Assembly: GCA_019057375.1 (NCBI GenBank)
Contig: DXJF01000030.1
Span: forward strand, 1-13,686
DNA length: 13,686 nucleotides
Reading direction: 5' to 3'
From: Candidatus Heimdallarchaeota archaeon
GTDB taxonomy: Archaea; Asgardarchaeota; Heimdallarchaeia; Heimdallarchaeales; Heimdallarchaeaceae
Part shown: one piece after another, positions 1 to 8,178 of the stretch
Layout of the letters: the number at the start of each line of letters is the position of its first letter
How positions within the stretch are numbered: the stretch's first letter is position 1
Position numbers and translations under genes: made by a program
The notes under the pieces: generated by a model
The model's database searches: none
What the model was told of the DNA's origin: nothing
What the model saw: only the letters and a program-made list of their open reading frames with translations

Positions 1-2
1 CT

Positions 3-1865
3 TATGGTGTGCAACGTACATCTCTTGCTCTCTATGCAAGTGAAATATCTGGTTCAAATATTATGAACATCTTGATTTTTCTTCAGATTTCCTCAACAAT
101 TATCACTTATGGTTTGTTTAAAGGTATTGCAGGTTTCTTTAGTTCTCGTATCAGTTCAAGAGTAAAGAGAAAAAATACTATGAGAATAGGGTTAGGACTT
201 CTATTTATAGGTTCTGTCTCAATTGTTCTAGCGAGATATATCAATCTGACAGGATTAATATTGGGTAACGTGTTTATAGGTGCTGGGTTGGGATTATTTT
301 TTACAGCTTCAATGTCAGCTCTAACCGAAATAGCAGGTGCAGAAGGGAGCGCTTTCTCTGTAGGTTCTATGGAATTTTCTGTGTATCTAGGATCCAGTAT
401 AGGTTCATTTTTTGCTGGGTTAATTGTGGAGAAACAAGGAAATAACTTTGCAGCAAGTTTTACATTTGCACTCATTGTTGCGGGTGTTGCTATTGTTATT
501 GGCATTTTATTACTCCGTAATGTTGAAACACAAGAATTGGTTAAAGGTACCAAGGAAGAAATCCTCTTAGATTCTACAAAAGTGGAAACTAAATGGAGTT
601 TAAGAAACATAATCAAAACTCCCACTTTATTGATATCATATTTAGTAGGTCATTTTTCCAGAATAATGGATAGTCTTATTGTTCTCCTCCTCCCTATTCT
701 TGTTTCAGCAAGTTATGGTTTTACTGCAACACAAGTGGGTTTAGTTACTGCTGGTTTCACTTTAGCTTGGGCTATTTCCATGCCCTTTACAGGAAAATTA
801 AGTGATCGTTTTGGAAGAAAAGAAGCCATTGTTGTTGGATTAATTGTCGAAGGTCTTGCATTAGTTCTGATAACATTTACAAAAGAACCTATTTACGTGA
901 TTTTATTAGCTATTGCAGCTGGTATAGGCACCGCAATCTACTACCCAAGCTTACCTTCTATAACCAGAGATGTTGTTCCTATAGTTAAGAGGGAACAAAG
1001 TTTTGGACTTTACAGAGCTTCCTTAGATTCAGGATATTTTACTGGACCACTCATTGCAATGGGTTTAGCATTTTCAGCAACTAAGCTAAATCTTTGGGGT
1101 GATACTTCAGACATAATTCTTGAAAATCAGCTCAAATTCCCATTTTTAGTTATTGGAATTTCATTGGGTGTTCTAGCTCTTTTATTTCTATTTCTTGCTA
1201 TGGAAACTAGACCTGGTTGGGTTCAAGCATCAATTAGCCTCAAACATGGTAATAAAGTAAAAGACGTTTATATGAAAATGAACCAAGCATTAGAAGCATA
1301 TATAGAAAATAAGGAAATTGACTGTTGTACAGACATACTCTTAGAAGCTAAAGAACTTGAAAGAGATGCTGATAGACTTGTTTTTAGAGTAACTCAAGCA
1401 CTATACGGTAAAGTTAGACCAGCACAAGACGATTATCATTTCTATAAAATCACTGACATTCTAGATACATCCATTGGTTTCACTTTGAGGTCTATGAGGA
1501 AGTTATTAATGATACCAAGACAAAATTTACCCAAAAGATTTATTGAATATTTGAAACTAGAATGTAACCTTCTTATCAAAATGATTACGAAAGCAGTCGA
1601 TGCTCTAGAAGTTGTATGTATTCAGCCTCTAGCTTCTCATCCTATATTTCAGGAAGTGCATGATTTAGAAAACAAGCTAGATTTAAACAGTCATCAAGGA
1701 TTATCTAGTATTACTAAAGATTCAGGAAAACTTAATCCTGTAGAAGCGCTCTATGTTATTCAAATAATCGAATCTCTAGAAATATCAGCTAATCAAATCG
1801 AAGATGCAGTAGATGTTATGAAGATTATTGGGTTGAAATATCAAGTAAGACCTCTTGTGGTTTAA
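3..1865 (+). CDS. MFS transporter fused to a C-terminal DUF47/PhoU-like (Pit accessory) domain; 5'-truncated by the window edge
   Basis: The frame is open to the left edge (tat ggt gtg from nt 3), so the GTG at nt 9 is probably not the true start. About 400 aa of hydrophobic helices carry two MFS motif-A loops (FSSRISSRVKRK; GKLSDRFGRK). The following ~215 aa soluble helical domain has the DUF47 pattern (KELERDADRL...DILDT...EVHDLENKLD...IIESLEISANQIEDAVDVM). Confidence 0.85.
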   Translation, partial: YGVQRTSLALYASEISGSNIMNILIFLQISSTIITYGLFKGIAGFFSSRISSRVKRKNTMRIGLGLLFIGSVSIVLARYINLTGLILGNVFIGAGLGLFFTASMSALTEIAGAEGSAFSVGSMEFSVYLGSSIGSFFAGLIVEKQGNNFAASFTFALIVAGVAIVIGILLLRNVETQELVKGTKEEILLDSTKVETKWSLRNIIKTPTLLISYLVGHFSRIMDSLIVLLLPILVSASYGFTATQVGLVTAGFTLAWAISMPFTGKLSDRFGRKEAIVVGLIVEGLALVLITFTKEPIYVILLAIAAGIGTAIYYPSLPSITRDVVPIVKREQSFGLYRASLDSGYFTGPLIAMGLAFSATKLNLWGDTSDIILENQLKFPFLVIGISLGVLALLFLFLAMETRPGWVQASISLKHGNKVKDVYMKMNQALEAYIENKEIDCCTDILLEAKELERDADRLVFRVTQALYGKVRPAQDDYHFYKITDILDTSIGFTLRSMRKLLMIPRQNLPKRFIEYLKLECNLLIKMITKAVDALEVVCIQPLASHPIFQEVHDLENKLDLNSHQGLSSITKDSGKLNPVEALYVIQIIESLEISANQIEDAVDVMKIIGLKYQVRPLVV

Positions 1866-1909
1866 GAGAAGGAGTTAAACTAAAAAGTGAGTATTGTACT
1901 TCACTCTTA

Positions 1910-3787
1910 ATGAAGAAATCGAATCTGATTTTGAAAACAGCTATTTTCGTCATTTTTGTTGCTTCATTTAACTCCATTAATGCAATTACATCTGTTGCTT
2001 ATAGTGTAGATTCAATCAACTTACCTGATTATAGTTTAGATACACGATTAACTTTGTATATCGAGTTTTTTGGTTTTGACTATGAACTACTTAATTTAGA
2101 TGAAATAGTAGGACTATTGGTAACAGAGTTCATTGGTGGAAATCAGGAGATTGGAACTTCAACTATTAGTTTCGATTTTAGTTTTTCATTTGCCACAGAG
2201 GCAGAATATACTCAACTTGAAAATTACATAAATTCTATAAAAGTAGATGGAACCGGAGTAGGATATTCCCTAAACAGAACTCAATTGCTCGATGATCTTG
2301 CTTCAGGGGAAAGAAACAATATCCTCATTCCAGAAAATGGGACTGTCATAGATGCAAGACTGGTAGAGAATTATCTCTATGAAAACTTCTATGAAGAAAA
2401 TACAGAAGATCCAGGTTACAAAATGTTTCTTTTGAATTTCACTCATTTGGATGCTCCAGAAATCGGTCAAGATCATTGGTATAAGATTGCAGAAACAGGA
2501 TTTGATTCTAATATCACTGTAGACTATTGGTTCTCAGGTTATAACGATATTCCTTATGTTCCTACTTTAGGGTTGGGGGGTTCAGAAAGATTCTGCTTTT
2601 TAGATTTATCAGCAAGAACTTGGTATTATGATTGGATATTTGATGCATGGGGATTTCCTACTGGAGATTACTCATATTATATTTATCCAGATTTGGATAC
2701 ACTCGCTCAAAATGTAAGCTTATATAGTACTTCAGGTCAAACAATACTTTCTACATACTTAGCCGACTACATCAACTCATATCTAGGGAACGTTTTTTCG
2801 GCTTATTATGGTGTAAGCCCTATAGGTGACTCATACTCAATGCAAGTTAAAGTATTCAATAATCTAACAGAAGCTGGTTATACATTGGATGAACTGAACT
2901 GGGTAATTTCTGAAGCTAGAATCTTTAATCAGCTAGAAATTGATTTTCCTTGGATTGATTGGATTATAGATGTTCAATTTGTTAATCTTCTAGATTATCC
3001 TAGTTTATCTTCATGGATATCCTCAAATCTTCAACAAGACCAAGATGGAGACTACATAGAGGTAATGAATGGCTTCTACCAATTACTTGAAACTCAATTA
3101 CCTATTCATTTTGATTACAGTGCAGCAGATAGTATTTTACCATGCTATTTCTTCTTAAATGATGATTTCCAATTCAGGTGGTATGGAACAGCTTTTGCGG
3201 GACTTGGAGGAATGGGATGGGAACTCTTAGTTAATGATCAATATGGTATGTTCGAAAATGGAAATCCTTCACTTCCTCGAAGAGGTATGTCTACTGTCAC
3301 AATCCATGAACTTGGACACAGTCTTGGAATTCCACATCCTCATAGTGGAGCTTATGGCTGGGGTTCTTCATTTATAGAAGATGCTATGAATTATTTTTCA
3401 AGAGGAGAAAGTAGCTTTAGTTCATTTTACAGAGATGGATTAGCAAGAGCTCATAATAATTACTGGTATAGTTTAGCTTCTGGTGAAATGGATGTAGCAT
3501 TTTTGAAATACACTGATGCTGGTTCCATTAATGAATTACTAGAGATGGTAAATGATATCTATATTCTATTAGGATCTGCAGCTAAGGATTACCAAGATAT
3601 GAATTATACTCTTTCAATCGAAAAGGTAAAATTGGCTAGATCTGAAATTGAAACCTTAGTTTTCTACATTGACAATCCTGACCAGATTCCCACAACTCCA
3701 ACAAATCGAACAGCGTCATATGCAAGCTTACTAGTTTTTACCTCAATTATCGTAAGTTCTGTACTAGTAAAGAGAAAAAGAAAATAA
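1910..3787 (+). CDS. Secreted, membrane-anchored metzincin-type zinc metalloprotease
   Basis: N-terminal signal peptide (MKKSNLILKTAIFVIFVASFNSINA). Extended zinc motif HELGHSLGIPH (HExxHxxGxxH, nt 3305-3337) followed by a Met-turn-like DAMNY. C-terminal Pro/Thr linker, hydrophobic helix and basic tail (PTTPTNRTASYASLLVFTSIIVSSVLVKRKRK). Confidence 0.8.
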   Translation: MKKSNLILKTAIFVIFVASFNSINAITSVAYSVDSINLPDYSLDTRLTLYIEFFGFDYELLNLDEIVGLLVTEFIGGNQEIGTSTISFDFSFSFATEAEYTQLENYINSIKVDGTGVGYSLNRTQLLDDLASGERNNILIPENGTVIDARLVENYLYENFYEENTEDPGYKMFLLNFTHLDAPEIGQDHWYKIAETGFDSNITVDYWFSGYNDIPYVPTLGLGGSERFCFLDLSARTWYYDWIFDAWGFPTGDYSYYIYPDLDTLAQNVSLYSTSGQTILSTYLADYINSYLGNVFSAYYGVSPIGDSYSMQVKVFNNLTEAGYTLDELNWVISEARIFNQLEIDFPWIDWIIDVQFVNLLDYPSLSSWISSNLQQDQDGDYIEVMNGFYQLLETQLPIHFDYSAADSILPCYFFLNDDFQFRWYGTAFAGLGGMGWELLVNDQYGMFENGNPSLPRRGMSTVTIHELGHSLGIPHPHSGAYGWGSSFIEDAMNYFSRGESSFSSFYRDGLARAHNNYWYSLASGEMDVAFLKYTDAGSINELLEMVNDIYILLGSAAKDYQDMNYTLSIEKVKLARSEIETLVFYIDNPDQIPTTPTNRTASYASLLVFTSIIVSSVLVKRKRK

Positions 3788-3799
3788 TCTTCTTTTTTT
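3788..3799 (+). terminator. Oligo-T archaeal terminator-like tract
   Basis: TCTTCTTTTTTT lies immediately after the stop codon of the metalloprotease, in a convergent intergenic region. Confidence 0.55.
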
Positions 3800-3858
3800 A
3801 CTCATCTAATGTGAAGAGAGATGCATTAAAAATTGATAGATATAGGTTCTGTATGCAT

Positions 3859-5919
3859 TTAAAAATCTACTTTAATAGCATTACTAAGGACTAAATGCGG
3901 GCCAAATAATTCTTGAACTTCTGTATCAATTGCATTACTAACTTCCTCAGAAAGTTCTCCAAAGAATTGTCTAGGGATATCAATTTGAGAGAGTTTATCG
4001 GTTAATTGATGTATTTTTCGACGTAAAGAAAAAGAATCTAAAGCACTAACTGCTACAGAACTGAATCCTTTGGGATGAGCTTCGATAATGATTTTATGGT
4101 TTCCATATGTTATACAGAGCATCTGACTTTTTTGTTCCTCGAATAGTTCTGTCAGCATATCTCTTACTGCAACAATGAACCCCCCAAATAGAAGCTGATC
4201 TTTTACAGCTCTCTTCAGGATGACATATGAACGAAGTGGAATACCTGATCTATGAAGAATGATTAGTGCTAAGGGTGATGCATCAAAATCAACATAAGAC
4301 TTTTGCATATGTCTTAATCCCACCTCTTCCAAAGTTGCAATATCCTTTCTAAATGGTTCATTAACCCAATCTATTTCCTTTACTGCTTCTATTGGAAAGA
4401 GCAAATTAATTTGTTCTATTTTACCTTCAACTAATTGTTGTAGTTGGGGGAGATTATTTTCTGACGCAAGTTCTTTTGCTTTTTGGAGGCGATTAAAAGA
4501 ACGAGTATAATTTTCTTGCAGTGCTAGAATTTTACCTTGTAACAAATAGAGTGCTACTTGTTCTTTTACTAGTTTATTCTCAGAGAAATATGGAATTAAA
4601 TCGTTGAGGTTATTTAAAGTTAAACCTAGTATTTTTTTGTCCTTTTCTAGATCATAGTTTTCCAAATTCATCAGAACAAGATTCATCAGAATCTTAGCAG
4701 ATAACTCTCCACTCCCGTGTCTATCAGCGATATCTAATGCCTTAGAAAATTCTTCTACAGCTTTACCATAGTTTAGTTTCTTTACACTGTACATACCTTT
4801 TAGGAAAAAAATATAAGACTCAATTACTGGAGAGGGATTTGTTCTAATTTCTTCCTCAATAGAATTCAAGAATATTTCAAAGTCTGTTAATCGATTACTC
4901 TGCAAATATAATTCAGCTAAAGTACAATAGTGATAAGTTTCTTTCATATTGAGCTTTTCAATAATTTTCAAGGCTTCTTCATATTTTTCAATAGCATCTT
5001 CAAATAGACCTCTTTCTATAGCTATGTCTCCTAAGCACTTTATTGTGAGTGCTAAATATCTATTTGCTTCTAAATCCTTAAAAATATCTAAAAGATCTGT
5101 GAATTCCTTTTCTGCTGAATCTAAATTACCTGTTACAACATTCAAAGTAGCAATATTTCCTCTTACAGCTGCAAGGAACAGTTGATTACCAGTCGATTCA
5201 AAAAGAGATTTAGCTTTTTCTGTCATTATAAGAGATTCTTCTATTTTTCCGCTATCACGATTTAATAATGCGAGAAGATAACAGAATTTTCCTATATGAT
5301 TTCTTTCTCCTAAATCTGTAGCAATATGAAGAGCTAAGTTAATTTTGTTTTCTAATTTTATTTTTTCTTCGACATATCTATTAAGAAGAAAATTATCTGC
5401 ATGACCATCCAAGAGTATATCATTGAGAACCTGTTTCTGTTCAGTAGGAAGTTTTTGAGAGGTAAAAGCTTCTTCAAACAAAGTGTTAAGGTTTATTCTA
5501 CATTGTTCGTAGTTTCCAAGATTTAGATAACCAAAAGCAATAGATCTTATAGCATGTAATCTGAAAAGTGGGGAAATATCTTCAATATCCTTGATCTCAG
5601 AGGCTAATCTAATTGCCACTTCGTTCATCCCTTTTTCAAGTAATAATCGAATCTGCCATAATTTGATACTATAGTGGTTGTTTAAACTAAAATTCTCAAG
5701 TGATGCATAATCAGAAATTGAGAAAAGGATTTTTCCAATGCTGAAAAGCAAATTAGCTGATGGTGTTTTTTGTTTTTCGACAAAATCTAGAAGAAATTTG
5801 CTTAATTTGACTAAAGAATCCCCAACTCTAAAATCTTCTTGATATCTTTTTAATTCTTCTTGCTCAGTCACATCTAAAATAGGCAAGTAAATTGAAAATT
5901 CCCTAGGGAACCCAACCAT
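3859..5919 (-). CDS. TPR-repeat protein with C-terminal longin domain (paralogue B)
   Basis: TPR units have about 40-aa spacing (HIGKFCYLLALLNRDSGKIEESL.../FLAAVRGNIATLNVVTGNLDSAE.../YLALTIKCLGDIAIERGLFEDAIEKYEEALKI). The C-terminal ~138 aa (nt 4275-3862) show a longin pattern (ALIILHRSGIPLRSY...DQLLFGGFIVAVRDMLTELF...ITYGNHKIIIE...FSSVAVS...LRRKIHQL). The start is placed at ATG 5919 rather than TTG 5946 because it aligns with the paralogue's N-terminus (FPREFSIYLPIL vs LPPEIMSVYSLL) and has AGGGGG upstream. Confidence 0.8.
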   Translation of the reverse strand: MVGFPREFSIYLPILDVTEQEELKRYQEDFRVGDSLVKLSKFLLDFVEKQKTPSANLLFSIGKILFSISDYASLENFSLNNHYSIKLWQIRLLLEKGMNEVAIRLASEIKDIEDISPLFRLHAIRSIAFGYLNLGNYEQCRINLNTLFEEAFTSQKLPTEQKQVLNDILLDGHADNFLLNRYVEEKIKLENKINLALHIATDLGERNHIGKFCYLLALLNRDSGKIEESLIMTEKAKSLFESTGNQLFLAAVRGNIATLNVVTGNLDSAEKEFTDLLDIFKDLEANRYLALTIKCLGDIAIERGLFEDAIEKYEEALKIIEKLNMKETYHYCTLAELYLQSNRLTDFEIFLNSIEEEIRTNPSPVIESYIFFLKGMYSVKKLNYGKAVEEFSKALDIADRHGSGELSAKILMNLVLMNLENYDLEKDKKILGLTLNNLNDLIPYFSENKLVKEQVALYLLQGKILALQENYTRSFNRLQKAKELASENNLPQLQQLVEGKIEQINLLFPIEAVKEIDWVNEPFRKDIATLEEVGLRHMQKSYVDFDASPLALIILHRSGIPLRSYVILKRAVKDQLLFGGFIVAVRDMLTELFEEQKSQMLCITYGNHKIIIEAHPKGFSSVAVSALDSFSLRRKIHQLTDKLSQIDIPRQFFGELSEEVSNAIDTEVQELFGPHLVLSNAIKVDF

Positions 5920-5964
5920 AATCCCCCTTTCATTCATTGGTTTCAAGATAAATAGGGATATGTT

Positions 5965-5995
5965 AAATAAAAATATTCTCCTCGTAAGAGAACAT
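5965..5995 (-). terminator. Hairpin plus U-tract between the two TPR-longin genes
   Basis: The minus strand reads ATGTTCTC-TTACGAG-GAGAATAT-TTTTATTT: an 8-bp stem with one G:U pair, a 7-nt loop and a T-rich tail, starting about 10 nt after the stop at 6005. Confidence 0.5.
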
Positions 5996-6004
5996 CAACT
6001 AATT

Positions 6005-8050
6005 TCAAGGCCTTTGACCTTTAATACCAAAAAGATTTCGTACAACTGAGTCTAGTTCGTAAGATTCAGTTTCACTTATATCTCCTTTGTATTTATCACT
6101 AGAAAGACCTTTGAAAGAGAGATTTTCAACCAAACGATGCATCTTTCTTCTTATCATGAAACTATCTCGCAAGGCAATTACTACTACCGAAAATACATTC
6201 GAATAGAACTCAATAAGGAGTTTATATTGTCCGTGATCAATTGACATAACTTGTTGTTTTTGTTCTACAAACAATTCATTCATCAGATGTCTTATCGCAC
6301 TTACGAACCCTCCAAAAAGAAGATCATCACTAACGCTCACATCTTCAGAGAAGTAAGATCGTATAGGTATGCCACTGGAATGAAAAATTAATACAGCAAT
6401 GGGTTTTTCTTCTTTTGGTGCAGCTAGTTTCTTGGATTCTTTCCTTAGTATCTTTGCTATGATTTGAATATCATCAAGAAAATCGATAACTCCCTCATCT
6501 ATTATTTTTTCTAATTCACTTTCTATAGCGATTTTCACTTGGTCTATTCTTTGTTTATAATCATCTATCAGCTGTGGAGTATATGTTCGAGCAAATTCCT
6601 CTCCTGTTTTAAGTAAGAATAGAGCTGTTTCAAAATCTAAAAGAACAATTTTTATTTTTGCTCTAATATGATAAATTAGTGAGAGAGATTCATATTTGGC
6701 TTTCTCTTCCAGATACGTAATTATATCTTCTAAACATTTGTCTGCTTCAATTAACTCTTCAAGATTTGTTGTAATTGTATACTTCTTAAGGAAAACTATT
6801 GATAATAATACTAGTGTTTTAGAGCTCAGAATTTCATTTCCTAATTCGTCAGCCAGAAGCATTGCCTGTTGGAGGAAATCTTGAGAATTACCATAATTGT
6901 TTTTCTTATATTCAAGAAAACCTAGCAAAAACCAATAATTTGATTTTTGAGTAGGAGTTAATTCTCCTTTTTTAGTCTTTTCTAGTTGAAGAAGAATAGA
7001 TTCAGTTTCTTTGACTTCATCTAAGTATAATAAAATCTCAACATATTTCATCTCCATAGCTAAATCCTGGAAACCTTTATTTTGGATGATATCTAGTACT
7101 TTTTCCATTTCCTTTTTAGCTTTAGCAAATTCTTCCTGTGAGAAATACACTTCCGCATAATTTGAATGTAGCATAAATAAAGATCTAAAATCACTAGTCC
7201 AATTATTGGTTATCTTCTGACTTTTATTATAATAAAAAATCGCTTCATCAAGATGCCCCATTTGTCTATACACATTCCCGATACTTTCAGTAATATGTCC
7301 CAACAATCGATCTATCTTGATTTCCTTAGCAATTGCTTCTCCTTTAAGAAAAATTTGATGAGCAATCTGAAAATTCCCTCTTTCAAGCTCTATATTACCA
7401 ATTGAATTATAGGTTTGTGCTGAGCTTATTCGGTCATTAAGGGCTCTATTGATGTTCAAAGATTCCTTAGTTTTATCTCTAGCTAGCGAAAGTATGTAAG
7501 TTGACTGAAGGTAAATTGCATCCAATTCAAGCATATAAATTTGAATGAGTTTGAATATCTCTCGAGATTCTTGCATATTTTCTACGTCTGCAAAACTATA
7601 GAAATTGTAGCAATTTTCTCTGTTCTCTTCATAAATCTGATAATCCTGAACTAAATAAGCTTCTATAGCTTGAATGTAATAGATAAATGCATGAAATATT
7701 GATTTTTCCAATTCCTGCTTAACTGTTTCAAGAACTTTGTTAAATTCCTCAAAATTACCTTCATACATTAAACAAACTGAATACCAAAGCCCTAATTCTG
7801 CAATAGGGTTATTAGAATATAGTTCCTTTATTTTTTCATACTTTCCTCTATGAAATAATATCCTACCAACGAGAAATGAGAAAGCTTTTGAAATTTCTAA
7901 AAATTTGCTGAATTGCGAAACTAATATTTCCTCTATTTCATCCAATTTGGATGTTTGAGAGAGATTTTCGTTGTTAAGTAAATAATTTTTCTCTTCCTCC
8001 GATAACAAAGAGTATACAGACATTATTTCTGGAGGAAGATTTTCAATCAT
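6005..8050 (-). CDS. TPR-repeat protein with C-terminal longin domain (paralogue A)
   Basis: TPR units of about 40 aa (SAQTYNSIGNIELERGNFQIAHQIFLKGEAIAKEIKIDRL/LGHITESIGNVYRQMGHLDEAIFYYNKSQKI). C-terminal longin-like domain at nt 6403-6008 (AVLIFHSSGIPIRSY...DDLLFGGFVSAIRHLMNELF...SIDHGQYKLLIE...FSVVVIA...IRRKMHRL). Clearly homologous to the adjacent gene. Confidence 0.85.
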   Translation of the reverse strand: MIENLPPEIMSVYSLLSEEEKNYLLNNENLSQTSKLDEIEEILVSQFSKFLEISKAFSFLVGRILFHRGKYEKIKELYSNNPIAELGLWYSVCLMYEGNFEEFNKVLETVKQELEKSIFHAFIYYIQAIEAYLVQDYQIYEENRENCYNFYSFADVENMQESREIFKLIQIYMLELDAIYLQSTYILSLARDKTKESLNINRALNDRISSAQTYNSIGNIELERGNFQIAHQIFLKGEAIAKEIKIDRLLGHITESIGNVYRQMGHLDEAIFYYNKSQKITNNWTSDFRSLFMLHSNYAEVYFSQEEFAKAKKEMEKVLDIIQNKGFQDLAMEMKYVEILLYLDEVKETESILLQLEKTKKGELTPTQKSNYWFLLGFLEYKKNNYGNSQDFLQQAMLLADELGNEILSSKTLVLLSIVFLKKYTITTNLEELIEADKCLEDIITYLEEKAKYESLSLIYHIRAKIKIVLLDFETALFLLKTGEEFARTYTPQLIDDYKQRIDQVKIAIESELEKIIDEGVIDFLDDIQIIAKILRKESKKLAAPKEEKPIAVLIFHSSGIPIRSYFSEDVSVSDDLLFGGFVSAIRHLMNELFVEQKQQVMSIDHGQYKLLIEFYSNVFSVVVIALRDSFMIRRKMHRLVENLSFKGLSSDKYKGDISETESYELDSVVRNLFGIKGQRP

Positions 8051-8072
8051 TGGTTTAACGACTAATTTAGCT

Positions 8073-8080
8073 ATTAAAAA
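8073..8080 (-). promoter_or_regulatory. TATA box candidate for TPR-longin A
   Basis: Minus-strand TTTTTAAT lies 23-30 nt upstream of ATG 8050, which fits a leaderless archaeal transcript. Confidence 0.5.
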
Positions 8081-8152
8081 GTTTGATGAAAGTGCGGCTC
8101 AGTTTAAAAGAAAAATTAATAGTTCAGTTAATGTTTTAAGAATTAACACATA

Positions 8153-8174
8153 TTTAAAATTGTACGATTGGAGA
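8153..8174 (+). promoter_or_regulatory. TATA box candidate and SD-like motif for the methyltransferase
   Basis: TTTAAAA at 8153-8159 is 20-26 nt upstream of ATG 8179, and GGAGA lies at 8170-8174. Confidence 0.45.
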
Positions 8175-8178
8175 TTTC

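Noticed and set aside
107-625. 172-aa minus-strand ORF
   Set aside because: It is an antisense shadow of the MFS gene with no recognisable motifs.
3821-3865. Repeated ATGCAT(T)TAAAAA in the convergent spacer, and about nine ATGCAT sites window-wide as a possible MTase target
   Set aside because: A rough expectation is about five such hexamers by chance at this composition, so the excess is not convincing, and a target cannot be inferred from counts.
8082-8130. TGATGA (C-box-like) in the divergent spacer as a possible C/D sRNA
   Set aside because: There is no downstream CTGA D box on the same strand and no terminal stem.
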